A stretch of 23,634 bases of DNA from a virus (taxonomy: Duplodnaviria; Heunggongvirae; Uroviricota; Caudoviricetes), in the IMG/VR virus record IMGVR_UViG_3300031992_000010; one strand, given 5' to 3'. Shown here in pieces: positions 1 through 8,915 of this stretch (position 1 is its first letter; every line of letters begins with the position of its first letter). The notes below the pieces were generated by a model. It ran no database searches and was not told where the DNA came from. It worked only from the letters and a program-made list of their open reading frames with translations. The position numbers were made by a program, and so were the translations under genes.

Positions 1-485
1 AACAGGAAAATGGTAATCCAATTTATGGTTGGATGAACGGCTCCGCCGCAGGCAGACAAATTATCGAAACCGCCTTGGAAAAAACGGTTGAGAATAATGC
101 AAGATATATGATTAAAAAATATATGACACCCGAAAACCGTCAGGAGTTTTATAAGTACGAATACCGTATTTATAAGGCGAATATATTTGAGGATGTTAGA
201 AGATGGGACGGATTTGCATATTGGCTTGATAAAAACCGTGTAATTAAACGAATTTGGGACGCCGAAGGTTTTAAGGAATTATTTGAAAGATACACGGCCG
301 CACGTGAGGCGATCAACGATTTTGCCGGTGTGAAAAATCGGAGTGTTATTTATATAATTAATAATTTTGACGTTCCGGGGGACCTTGTAACGAACTGCCG
401 AAGGGTCGCAGTGGAAATGAATGTTTTTTTAATAAAGGAATTTTCCAAAATTGAGGAACAATATGGATATTTTGAGGTAAAATAA
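1..485 (+). CDS. Hypothetical phage protein, 5'-truncated
   Basis: The frame is open from position 3 through the ATG at 33 to the stop at 485; no recognisable motif; a hairpin terminator follows. Confidence 0.7.
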   Translation, partial: QENGNPIYGWMNGSAAGRQIIETALEKTVENNARYMIKKYMTPENRQEFYKYEYRIYKANIFEDVRRWDGFAYWLDKNRVIKRIWDAEGFKELFERYTAAREAINDFAGVKNRSVIYIINNFDVPGDLVTNCRRVAVEMNVFLIKEFSKIEEQYGYFEVK

Positions 486-504
486 ACCACACCACAATAA
501 AACC

Positions 505-537
505 CGGACCGGAAATTAAATTTTTCGGTCCTTTTTT
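505..537 (+). terminator. Intrinsic terminator overlapping a promoter
   Basis: GGACCGGAAA...TTTTCGGTCC stem followed by a T-tract. Confidence 0.7.
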
Positions 538-546
538 ATATATAAT
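515..546 (+). promoter_or_regulatory. Putative phage early/middle promoter ATTAAA-N18-TATATAAT
   Basis: One of five intergenic copies with identical 18-nt spacing. Confidence 0.65.
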
Positions 547-585
547 ATTTAATATATGGAAATTCACCTCTAATACACATTAAAT

Positions 586-1353
586 ATGAAGTATACAAGT
601 TTAAAAATTTCAACGACCGGGCTTGACCGGATGAAGGATGAATTATTAAGAATCGTCATAATTGAATTTGAGGTGGACGACTCCCTCAAGCCATATCAGG
701 TCAAGGTTGTCCAACAACACGATATATTTATTAAACCGAAGGTGGACTTTGAGGTTGATCCGGAATACAATTCCTTTACGAAGGAGGATGTGCTGGAAAA
801 AGGATATGAATTTACCCCACAGGTTTCGAAGGCGATAGCAAAATACATTGAAGGTAAAAATCTCACAGGTTTCAATGTCGACAATTTCGATATATGTTTC
901 CTATATGAATACTATAAACGAAATGGGTTTACCCTCGACCTATCCGAAACAAAAACATTTGATACAATGTTGATGGATATTAAATTATATCCAAGAAATT
1001 TCGAAGGCATATATAAAAGATATACCGGTCGGCAAATAGAACCTGAAAAAACAAAGGATTCATTATTTGTGGCCCAATCAAATATGGACATATTTGCGGT
1101 GGAATTTATTCAATGCCGGGAACAGCAATTCTTACAGGATATTGGCCTCCCGGTATTATCACCGGAGCATTTCGTCGAGGATATAGGCGGTAGTATAGTA
1201 TTTTGTAACGGCAAATACCAACACAAGGATGTCGCCGATATTTGTAAACAGGACCCCCAATATATCAAATGGATATTCTCGGTGGCAACCGACCGGACGA
1301 AGGAGACCATAAAAAATTATTTTTATAAAAAATATCCACAAACCCTAAAATAA
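586..1353 (+). CDS. DnaQ/DEDDh 3'-5' exonuclease-like protein with ExoX-like C-terminal domain, probably catalytically inactive
   Basis: ExoI-like KISTTGLD (normally DxETTGLD), ExoII GFNVDNFDICFL, DTM motif, C-terminal NGKYQHKDVADICKQDPQYIKWI. Confidence 0.75.
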   Translation: MKYTSLKISTTGLDRMKDELLRIVIIEFEVDDSLKPYQVKVVQQHDIFIKPKVDFEVDPEYNSFTKEDVLEKGYEFTPQVSKAIAKYIEGKNLTGFNVDNFDICFLYEYYKRNGFTLDLSETKTFDTMLMDIKLYPRNFEGIYKRYTGRQIEPEKTKDSLFVAQSNMDIFAVEFIQCREQQFLQDIGLPVLSPEHFVEDIGGSIVFCNGKYQHKDVADICKQDPQYIKWIFSVATDRTKETIKNYFYKKYPQTLK

Positions 1354-1413
1354 TGGATTAAATATGGTATTCTTTATATGATAGTTTAAGTTTAATTTTA
1401 ATATTTATTTTTA

Positions 1414-2535
1414 ATGACAAAAAATTTTATTCAGCATTGTGAGCCTACGGAAATCGAATGGCCACAATACCACAGTGAACAGGAAAGAATTAAATTATTT
1501 TCCGAAAAGTTCAAAAACACACCATTGGAGGATGCGTTCTCCGAGGTTTATGGTGTAAAAATCAATATTACAAACGATGAGGATAAGGATATAATCAATT
1601 CGTTACCTCGTGAGGTTGAATTAGGTGAAACCATCGCGGTTCGAATCCTTTCCGTCGGCAAGGAAAGCATCGGCATTGATGCCTATAATGTAAAGGAGAA
1701 CATCGTTTGCAAAAACAACCTCTACAAATACAAAAAGTTCCAATCACCTCTACATGAGCCAATCGAGTGGTCCGCAAAGGTTATCAAAAAGGATAACAAA
1801 CAGGTAATTGTGGATATTATGGAACCAATGATTGATTCCTGGAAGGAGGAAATCGCCCTACATCCATTGGATCAATATAACGTTGCGGAGGACAAGTCAA
1901 CCTACGCGGTTGGATTAAAATTAATTAGCGGAGGATATTTATGTAAGGTTTGTGTTCCGGAGGTAAGTGAATTTATTGGTGAGGATTATTTCATCGATGC
2001 GTTCATTCCGGGTTCCCAAATCGTATTAAATATCGAAAATGATTTTTCACGTTGGGAAGGCAAATCGGTACGTGTATTCGTAACGAACTTTATGCCATCA
2101 CCTTCGGATCCAAGTAAAATGGTCGCCGTTTGTTCCGTTAAGAAGTATTTACAGCATATTGGTAATGTAAATATGATTAATATGTTCAAACATTATACCG
2201 ATGGCGTGGATGGAACGGAATGGTGGAAATCATTCACAAAACAACCAATTGGTGGTATCGTAACCGGAGTTATCAACTCAAGCAAACGTTGCGGTGTATT
2301 TGTGGAACTACCTGATTATCATATTACCGGTATGGTAATGTTGAAACCACAGGAAATTGTTAAGTATGCGCCACAAATGAAAATCAACGTAAACCTTACC
2401 GGATTCGACCTGCCAACATATTACAACGATATGGTTGGACAGGTACAACACGGTGTGCCATACGTATTCAATGACATTAATCCAAATGTATTGGAAAGAT
2501 GTGATTTGAAACCGGTACTTACGATTGCCGATTAA
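1414..2535 (+). CDS. Ribosomal protein S1-like OB-fold RNA-binding protein
   Basis: AFIPGSQI (cf. RpsA AFLPGSQI), GIVTGV..CGVFVEL..ITGMV S1 repeat, N-terminal ELGETIAVRILSV. Confidence 0.7.
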   Translation: MTKNFIQHCEPTEIEWPQYHSEQERIKLFSEKFKNTPLEDAFSEVYGVKINITNDEDKDIINSLPREVELGETIAVRILSVGKESIGIDAYNVKENIVCKNNLYKYKKFQSPLHEPIEWSAKVIKKDNKQVIVDIMEPMIDSWKEEIALHPLDQYNVAEDKSTYAVGLKLISGGYLCKVCVPEVSEFIGEDYFIDAFIPGSQIVLNIENDFSRWEGKSVRVFVTNFMPSPSDPSKMVAVCSVKKYLQHIGNVNMINMFKHYTDGVDGTEWWKSFTKQPIGGIVTGVINSSKRCGVFVELPDYHITGMVMLKPQEIVKYAPQMKINVNLTGFDLPTYYNDMVGQVQHGVPYVFNDINPNVLERCDLKPVLTIAD

Positions 2536-3167
2536 ACCTTTCCGGGATAATCGAAATCGATTTCAATATCATTATATTTAAGACGGAGGTCAAACGTTTC
2601 GGCTTGACGCTCCGCTCTTGAATATGAAAAATCAATACCATCGAGGGAATCAATTAAAATATCACGTAATATGATTTTACAGGTTACTTCCCCAAGTTCA
2701 TTCAATATAAAAATCATAAGGTCGTCATCCGGCTGCACCGCTGGTGCCTTTGATTGTTTTATAAGGATGGTTTCGTATAACATTAAATAATTATAAAGGC
2801 CGACATTCATTCTAAACGTTACGGAAATGGTATCCTCAATAAGATTAAGTGTATTTGCCGGAGATATGTATTTTTGGGCCTTACTTGGTTCAATACCTTG
2901 CCCACGCAAATCCTCACGTCTTTGTAATCCATTAAAATTATTTCCGCCGTGTTGTTGTTGCTCCGCAATCAAATCACTTATACCCGGAAAATGAAAACCT
3001 TGAATGGATTCATTGAGATAATCAATTGGTGTTGTGATTACATTCGTATTTTCATCCAGGACCTTTTGATACTTTTCGGTAACCGATGGAGGTAGGAATG
3101 TTTTATCGAATGAAATACGAAATAAATCATAACGTGGGGATAACGATAAGGATATTGAAGTTGGCAT
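2532..3167 (-). CDS. Putative tail tube terminator/completion protein (T4 gp3-like tube fold)
   Basis: FPGIS, ISVTFRMNVGLYNY and IDSLDGIDFSY...FDLRLKYNDIEI resemble the gp3/gp19 pattern; size of about 210 aa fits. Confidence 0.5.
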   Translation of the reverse strand: MPTSISLSLSPRYDLFRISFDKTFLPPSVTEKYQKVLDENTNVITTPIDYLNESIQGFHFPGISDLIAEQQQHGGNNFNGLQRREDLRGQGIEPSKAQKYISPANTLNLIEDTISVTFRMNVGLYNYLMLYETILIKQSKAPAVQPDDDLMIFILNELGEVTCKIILRDILIDSLDGIDFSYSRAERQAETFDLRLKYNDIEIDFDYPGKV

Positions 3168-3204
3168 TCTATAAATATTTTTTAAAAAAATAATATCGGT
3201 AAAA

Positions 3205-3236
3205 ATTAAATTTTAATATGAAACTTATTATATTAA
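3205..3236 (+). promoter_or_regulatory. Putative promoter ATTAAA-N18-TATATTAA for the que operon
   Basis: Consensus match ending about 20 nt upstream of queD. Confidence 0.7.
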
Positions 3237-3255
3237 CCATAAATAATTTTTAATT

Positions 3256-3870
3256 ATGCTAATTACAAAAATTTTCAATGTTGAATCGGCTCACATAGTA
3301 CGAAACTGTACAAGTGAACGCTGCAGTCACTCAATACACGGCCACAGTGCGGTGATTGAGGTAACATTTGAGGCAAAAGGATTGGATAACGCCCAAATGG
3401 TTATGGATTTCGGATTGATGAAGAATGAAATCAAATCCTTCATCGATGGTATGGATCATTGTTATTTACTATGTGATCGGGACAAGGATGAGTTTAGAAA
3501 ATTTATAAAGGAAAATTGTGACCGATGGATAGAGTTACCATTCAATCCAAGTGCGGAAATGCTTTCGATGTTTATATATTATGGCATAACAAAAATATTG
3601 GAATCCATAAAATTTTCAAATGGTGAGAAAAATGTATCGGTTCATTCGGTCAAATACCACGAAACAAAATCCGGTTCGGCCACCTGTTTTAAGGACGATA
3701 TGTTGGATATATGGAATCCATTGGTTGATAAACGTGGCGATTTCGAAATCAATTATAGCCCGGCGGTGGTACGTGATTGGAATTCACCTGAAATGGAGAA
3801 TATATTTATTAATGGAAAGGATGCCGTTATTTTTACGGATGAAATAAAACAACAAATAAAACTTTATTAA
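3256..3870 (+). CDS. queD: 6-carboxy-5,6,7,8-tetrahydropterin synthase
   Basis: SAHIVRNCTSERCSHSIHGHS, MVMDFG, DH, NPSAE and YHET motifs; adjacent to queE. Confidence 0.92.
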   Translation: MLITKIFNVESAHIVRNCTSERCSHSIHGHSAVIEVTFEAKGLDNAQMVMDFGLMKNEIKSFIDGMDHCYLLCDRDKDEFRKFIKENCDRWIELPFNPSAEMLSMFIYYGITKILESIKFSNGEKNVSVHSVKYHETKSGSATCFKDDMLDIWNPLVDKRGDFEINYSPAVVRDWNSPEMENIFINGKDAVIFTDEIKQQIKLY

Positions 3871-3871
3871 T

Positions 3872-4666
3872 ATGACTCCAATTTGCGATTTATTTGTAAG
3901 CATTCAAGGGGAGGGAAAATATATGGGTGTACCTTCCATTTTTATTAGGGTAAGTGGGTGTAACCTACGTTGTGTATTCAAGGGCTCAATTTGTGATACA
4001 CCCTATAGTTCATTCAAGCCGGAGGAAACCAAATATACGGTACAGGAGGTTATTGATTTTGTGAAAAACAATCCAAAAATCAGCCACGTGGTAATTACCG
4101 GGGGTGAGCCGCTCCTATATGCGAAGGATGAGGATTTCCGTACAATTATCCGGGAATTGAATAAAATGAATAAATTTATCACCATAGAAACCAATGGAAC
4201 CAAACCAATGTTGGATCCATTAAATTTCAAAATTGGTTTATATAGTGTCAGCCCCAAACTATCCACGTCGGTTTGCCCAAAGGAATTATGTGAAAAATAT
4301 GGTATCCCGGAACAAATGGCGGAACGACATAACAAGGAACGTATTAATATAGACGTTCTTACAAATATCGCCTTATATTCAAACGATTACCAATTCAAGT
4401 TTGTTTATAGTGGTCCGGAATGTGTGGATGAAATAGATGAAATATATAGACGTATGGCAAATAAAATCTCCGGTGAGGAGGAATTTACCCGTATGTTTTA
4501 TTTCAATAACCATCCAAATAAGCATACAATGCTAATGCCGGAGGGAATCACAAACGAATCGATTGCCGAAAAAGGAAAGGAAATCACGGACATATGTATT
4601 TCCCGAGGATGGAGTTATACCGATCGTTTACATATACGTTTATTTGGTGACAAAAGAGGTTTTTAA
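3872..4666 (+). CDS. queE: 7-carboxy-7-deazaguanine synthase (radical SAM)
   Basis: FVSIQGEG, GCNLRC..CDT, ITGGEPLL, IETNGT, SVSPKL, RLHI. Confidence 0.95.
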   Translation: MTPICDLFVSIQGEGKYMGVPSIFIRVSGCNLRCVFKGSICDTPYSSFKPEETKYTVQEVIDFVKNNPKISHVVITGGEPLLYAKDEDFRTIIRELNKMNKFITIETNGTKPMLDPLNFKIGLYSVSPKLSTSVCPKELCEKYGIPEQMAERHNKERINIDVLTNIALYSNDYQFKFVYSGPECVDEIDEIYRRMANKISGEEEFTRMFYFNNHPNKHTMLMPEGITNESIAEKGKEITDICISRGWSYTDRLHIRLFGDKRGF

Positions 4667-4667
4667 G

Positions 4668-4826
4668 GTGGAATCGGAGGAAATTAAAAGAAATGGGTTT
4701 ATTGAGGAGGTAACGAAAAAACAACTTCTTTACGTCCGAAAACTCAATTCCATCCTAAAAAGTTCGGAGGAAAATTTTAAACGATGGGATAAAAAATGGG
4801 AGGATTTAAGACAAGGTAATAAATAA
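4668..4826 (+). CDS. Small hypothetical protein (52 aa, GTG start)
   Basis: Fills the gap between queE and folE2 exactly. Confidence 0.4.
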   Translation: MESEEIKRNGFIEEVTKKQLLYVRKLNSILKSSEENFKRWDKKWEDLRQGNK

Positions 4827-4839
4827 AAATATAATTAAC

Positions 4840-5850
4840 ATGGGTAAAAATAGTGATATTAAGGTCAAGGACCTAACAAGGGGCTATGATGAAAACTTCA
4901 AGCCAACACAGGAGTATTTGGATTCAATGCCGGATTTACAAAACGGGGAATATATGGATATTCCAATCGAATTTGTAGGTATTCATAATTTTCACATCCC
5001 TATTCGCATACGTGAAAAGAATGGCGGTACACAGGAGGTTATGGCATCAATTACCGGTGAGGTTAGTTTAGGTGCCCAAAAACGAGGTATTAATATGTCA
5101 CGTATCATTCGTACCTTTTATAAATCAAAGGATGACATATTCGATATCAAAAACCTTGAAAAGGTATTGACCGACTATAAAAAGGATCTCGACACCTTCG
5201 ATGCACATATCCTTATGAATTTCAAGTATCGAATTTGGCAGGATGCATTGAGATCCACAAAAATTGTGGAACACGACGAATACAACCACACCATTAAGGA
5301 GGAGGTACCCGAAGGTGGATGGCAATACTATAATATCACCTTCGATGTAAATATGGATAAAATCGGTGAGGTGAAAAGAATTCTTTGGGTGGATTTTGTA
5401 TATAGTTCCGCATGCCCCTGTTCAACCGAATTATCCCTCCACGCGGCATTAAACCGTGGTGTATATGGCATTCCACACTCACAACGTAGTATTGCCCGCC
5501 TTGGATTGGATTTTAATATTCCGGAGGATGGTAACATGTTGTGGATTGAGGATGTTGTTGATATGTGCCGTGAGGCGTTGACGACCGAGACGTTGGTATT
5601 TTGTAAACGTCAGGATGAACAGGCATTTGCAGAGAAAAATGGTGCCCAGCCAAAGTTTGTGGAGGATGCGATAAGATTTTTGGGTCATAGATTAAATGAA
5701 TGTCCATTAATTGTGGATTACAAAATCATTTGTTCCCATCAGGAATCATTACATTCACACGATGCGGTTGCGGTAATGACCAAGGGTAAAAAGGATAGTT
5801 GTTTTAATCACCACGTAAGTTTGGGTGAGTGGCAATCAATGATGGTTTAG
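4840..5850 (+). CDS. folE2: GTP cyclohydrolase I type B
   Basis: PDLQN, VGI, RGINMSR, YSSACPCS, PHSQRS, KRQDE, KFVED, ESLHSHDA. Confidence 0.93.
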   Translation: MGKNSDIKVKDLTRGYDENFKPTQEYLDSMPDLQNGEYMDIPIEFVGIHNFHIPIRIREKNGGTQEVMASITGEVSLGAQKRGINMSRIIRTFYKSKDDIFDIKNLEKVLTDYKKDLDTFDAHILMNFKYRIWQDALRSTKIVEHDEYNHTIKEEVPEGGWQYYNITFDVNMDKIGEVKRILWVDFVYSSACPCSTELSLHAALNRGVYGIPHSQRSIARLGLDFNIPEDGNMLWIEDVVDMCREALTTETLVFCKRQDEQAFAEKNGAQPKFVEDAIRFLGHRLNECPLIVDYKIICSHQESLHSHDAVAVMTKGKKDSCFNHHVSLGEWQSMMV

Positions 5851-5860
5851 TACGGAAATG

Positions 5861-5892
5861 GGGGTTGATATTAAAAAATATATCAATTCCCC
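5861..5892 (+). terminator. Stem-loop after folE2
   Basis: GGGGTTGATAT...ATATCAATTCCCC inverted repeat followed by a T-rich tract. Confidence 0.55.
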
Positions 5893-5925
5893 TTATTTTA
5901 TATAAAAATAGATGAATATGCCTTT

Positions 5926-7518
5926 ATGGAAACCCCGGATATAAATGAATTAAATAATAGTATACATATCAAAAACGAGGAGTTTTGTAAAACAAAATAT
6001 CCTGAATTTACCGGGTTTTTGGAAAATAAATATCCAAACATTACACATATTGAACGTTTATATATGTATATACATCCATCCTGTCAACCAAAATGTGAAA
6101 CTTGTGGGGGGAGTGTTAAATTTATAAATTTCAATAAAGGATATCGGAAATTTTGTTGTCCGGGTTGTGTATCGAAAAATTCCAATATAAAGAACAAAAA
6201 AATCAATACCTGTCGTTTAAATTATGGTGTGGATAATCCATCATATTCAAATGATATATTGATTAAAAAGCAAACAACAATGCTTGAACGATATGGTGTT
6301 GATAATACGTCAAAATTAAAGGATAACCGAAAAAAGGCAAAACAAACGATGTTGGAACGATATGGGGTTGATAATGTAATGAAACTAAATTCGGTAAAGG
6401 AAAAAATCAAATCAAACAATAATAAAAAATACGGTGTTGATTGGCCTTTATCGTTGGATGTGGTTAAGGAAAAATCAAATATTACATATATCCAAAAATA
6501 TGGGGGGAGAGGTAATGCGTCCGATATTATAAGACAAAAAATGAAAAATACCTGTTATGAAAAATATGGGGATTTAAATTTTAGTAATCGGGAAAAGGCA
6601 AAACAAACGATGCTGGAACGATATGGTGAATTGGCCTACCATCACTATTGTATTCCGAAAGATACAAATATTGAAATTTTTGTACAAAATATATTGGATA
6701 AATATAATATAAATTATATAAAAAATAACAGGTCCATTCTCAAAGGTCGTGAATTGGATATATATATTCCTTCACATAAATTTGCAATTGAGATAAATGG
6801 ATGCCATTGGCATAGTGTAAAATTTAAACCAAAAAAATATCATTTTGAAAAATTCAAGGAATGTTTAAATGAGGATATACAACTTCTAACCATTTGGGAT
6901 GATCAAATCGTTGGAAATCCGAAATTGATTGAATCGATTATATTATCAAAACTTGGTATATATAATGAAAGAATATATGCAAGAAAATGTGATGTGCGAT
7001 ATGTTTCACCGGGTGATAGTTTAAAATTTTTATCGGAAAATCACATACAGGGGGGAGTGAATAGTAGTGTGCGTTTGGGTTTATATTGCAATGATGAACT
7101 CATAAGTATAATGACATTTGGAAAAAAACGTAAATCATTAAATCAAAAAGGACAGGATGGGGAGTGGGAATTGTATAGGTTTTGTAATAAAATAAATACA
7201 CAGGTTATTGGTGGTGCATCAAAATTATTAAAATATTTTATAAGAAACCATAAACCGGCATTGGTTGAATCCTTTTCAAGTAATGATATAAGTATGGGAA
7301 ATTTATATAAAACATTATCATTCAAAAAAAATGGTGAAAGTTTATCATATTGGTATGTTAAGGATTATAAAAGATACCATAGATTTAACTTTACAAAAAA
7401 ACGTTTGGTTGGGATGGGATTTGACCCATCAAAAACCGAACAACAAATTATGTCGGAAAATAGATATGAATGTATATATGATAGTGGGCAAACAAAGTGG
7501 ATTCTTGAATGTAAATAA
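5926..7518 (+). CDS. Hef-like homing endonuclease: Zn ribbon, YGxxN repeats, Vsr/DUF559-like PD-(D/E)xK domain and C-terminal GNAT/Mom-like domain
   Basis: CETC..FCCPGC; repeated ERYGVDN; ELDIYIPSHKFAIEINGCHWH; ELYRFC..VIGGASKLLKYF..IYDSGQ. Confidence 0.78.
   Translation: METPDINELNNSIHIKNEEFCKTKYPEFTGFLENKYPNITHIERLYMYIHPSCQPKCETCGGSVKFINFNKGYRKFCCPGCVSKNSNIKNKKINTCRLNYGVDNPSYSNDILIKKQTTMLERYGVDNTSKLKDNRKKAKQTMLERYGVDNVMKLNSVKEKIKSNNNKKYGVDWPLSLDVVKEKSNITYIQKYGGRGNASDIIRQKMKNTCYEKYGDLNFSNREKAKQTMLERYGELAYHHYCIPKDTNIEIFVQNILDKYNINYIKNNRSILKGRELDIYIPSHKFAIEINGCHWHSVKFKPKKYHFEKFKECLNEDIQLLTIWDDQIVGNPKLIESIILSKLGIYNERIYARKCDVRYVSPGDSLKFLSENHIQGGVNSSVRLGLYCNDELISIMTFGKKRKSLNQKGQDGEWELYRFCNKINTQVIGGASKLLKYFIRNHKPALVESFSSNDISMGNLYKTLSFKKNGESLSYWYVKDYKRYHRFNFTKKRLVGMGFDPSKTEQQIMSENRYECIYDSGQTKWILECK
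6332..6626 (+). repeat. 34-nt direct repeat (6332-6365 and 6593-6626, one mismatch) encoding KAKQTMLERYG
   Basis: aaaaggcaaaacaaacgatg(t/c)tggaacgatatgg occurs twice within the YGxxN repeat array. Confidence 0.85.
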
Positions 7519-7532
7519 TTTATATAAAACTA

Positions 7533-7551
7533 CCAAACCAATTTGGTTTGG
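7533..7551. terminator. Perfect inverted repeat CCAAACCAA-T-TTGGTTTGG, possible terminator
   Basis: Intergenic palindrome after the endonuclease gene, followed by TTATTATTT. Confidence 0.5.
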
Positions 7552-7585
7552 ATTATTATTTAGTAAATGTTAAAACCTGATTTAT

Positions 7586-8020
7586 ATGGAGTTAAATAAA
7601 ATTAAAAAGGAACTTCGGTGGGTTAAAATGAGCGATTTGAAACCATACGGCGCCAATCCTCGTCATAACAATAAATCCGCGAAGGTTGTGGCCGAATCAA
7701 TTAAGGCGTATGGGTATATAAATCCCATAATAGTGACGGAGGATTTAATGATCCTTGCAGGACATACACGTTTTAAGGCATTAAAATTATTGGGTGTTGA
7801 GGAAATTGATGTATTGGTAATCAAGGGATTAACCGAACAGCAAATCCACGGATTCGTAATTGCCGACAATCGTGTGGGTGAATTTTCGACGTGGAATTTC
7901 TCCGCTATGGATAGATTGTTATCAAAAAAGGAAATCGCTTCGGATACCTTGAAAAACTTGGGTATGATGTCGGTTGCCGATAATAAAAAGGAATTGGAGG
8001 ACCTTATAAAGGATGCATAA
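7586..8020 (+). CDS. ParB/Srx N-terminal domain protein
   Basis: LKPYGANPRHN, SIKAYGYINPIIV, ILAGHTRFKA, IADNR; overlaps the start of the next gene. Confidence 0.88.
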   Translation: MELNKIKKELRWVKMSDLKPYGANPRHNNKSAKVVAESIKAYGYINPIIVTEDLMILAGHTRFKALKLLGVEEIDVLVIKGLTEQQIHGFVIADNRVGEFSTWNFSAMDRLLSKKEIASDTLKNLGMMSVADNKKELEDLIKDA

Positions 8021-8846
8021 ACTTGTTTTTGGACTTGGAGGGGGATTTGTATATTCCTGCGGTGGTAACGGTAAATGGAAGACGGTACTACCCAAACTAT
8101 TAAATACATTCGATAACTGTGTGCTTATATCCACCGTGGATATGTCGCAGGTGGCGGCGAAGGTAATATATGACACGGTAGGACAGGAACGACTTTATTT
8201 GGATAGTGGTGGTTTTACCTTATATAAGAAACAGGTAAAACTTGGAGCCGATAATCCGGAGTTCCACAAACTATGTGATAAAATGAAGGCCCGGTTTATG
8301 AAGATGTTATCGATAGCGAAATATAATGAGGTATTCGAACTCGATAACGAATATTTCCGCAAGGATCCGGATATGTTATCCCCCAAAAATTATTGCCGGG
8401 AGGAGGTAAAGGCCTTAACAGGTTCATACCCTACACCGGTATTTAAGATGCATCAGGGATTTGAATATTGGAAACGATTATGCGAAAGTGATTTATATCC
8501 ACGCCTTGCCATTGGTGGTTTGGCCCAAACACGTGAATGGAATACCCACAGGGATGAGTTGACGAAAATGATGAGATATGCGAGGGATTGTGGTAAAAAG
8601 GTCCACCTATTGGGGTGTCAAAATGTGGAAAGTTTCAAAATGGTCCAACCTGATACCGTGGATTATTCAATATTCCAATATGCAATCAATTTAGGCTTCG
8701 TCAATGAGGAACATCCGGAGTTAACAACCTACGCCGAAAAGAAACAACAATGTGTATTATATGCGTTGGCGAGGGCGAAATCCCGAAGTTTCCTATATGA
8801 TAATGATTGTAAAATTTTAAACGAAGGCGAGGACTTTAAGGAATAA
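8013..8846 (+). CDS. dpdA: TGT-fold DNA 7-deazaguanine transglycosylase (DpdA-like)
   Basis: LYLDSGGFT, ELD, PVFKMHQG, LAIGGL, VHLLG and TVDYS motifs of the TGT/DpdA fold; lies with queD, queE and folE2. Confidence 0.78.
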   Translation: MHKLVFGLGGGFVYSCGGNGKWKTVLPKLLNTFDNCVLISTVDMSQVAAKVIYDTVGQERLYLDSGGFTLYKKQVKLGADNPEFHKLCDKMKARFMKMLSIAKYNEVFELDNEYFRKDPDMLSPKNYCREEVKALTGSYPTPVFKMHQGFEYWKRLCESDLYPRLAIGGLAQTREWNTHRDELTKMMRYARDCGKKVHLLGCQNVESFKMVQPDTVDYSIFQYAINLGFVNEEHPELTTYAEKKQQCVLYALARAKSRSFLYDNDCKILNEGEDFKE

Positions 8847-8872
8847 TCACAAATAAAAAAAACAATATAAAC

Positions 8873-8906
8873 AAAGGTCCGGGATTAAATATTTCGGACC
8901 TTTTTT
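8873..8906 (+). terminator. Intrinsic terminator overlapping a promoter
   Basis: AAAGGTCCGGGAT...ATTTCGGACCTTTTTT. Confidence 0.75.
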
Positions 8907-8915
8907 GTATATTAA
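8884..8915 (+). promoter_or_regulatory. Putative promoter ATTAAA-N18-TATATTAA
   Basis: Consensus match. Confidence 0.65.

Noticed and set aside
1357-1388. Sixth copy of the ATTAAA promoter upstream of the S1-like gene
   Set aside because: ATTAAAT is present, but there is no TATAT(T/A)A at the 18-nt spacing.
6220-6630. Repeats that could be read as CRISPR-like
   Set aside because: They are in-frame protein repeats (YGxxN) with irregular spacing and no cas genes nearby.
7586-8020. ParB as a partition system
   Set aside because: Only the N-terminal domain is present, with no HTH, parA or parS; it is coupled to the TGT-like gene.
8013-8846. Canonical tRNA-guanine transglycosylase
   Set aside because: Too short, lacks the CxCxxC zinc site, and the context fits DNA modification better.
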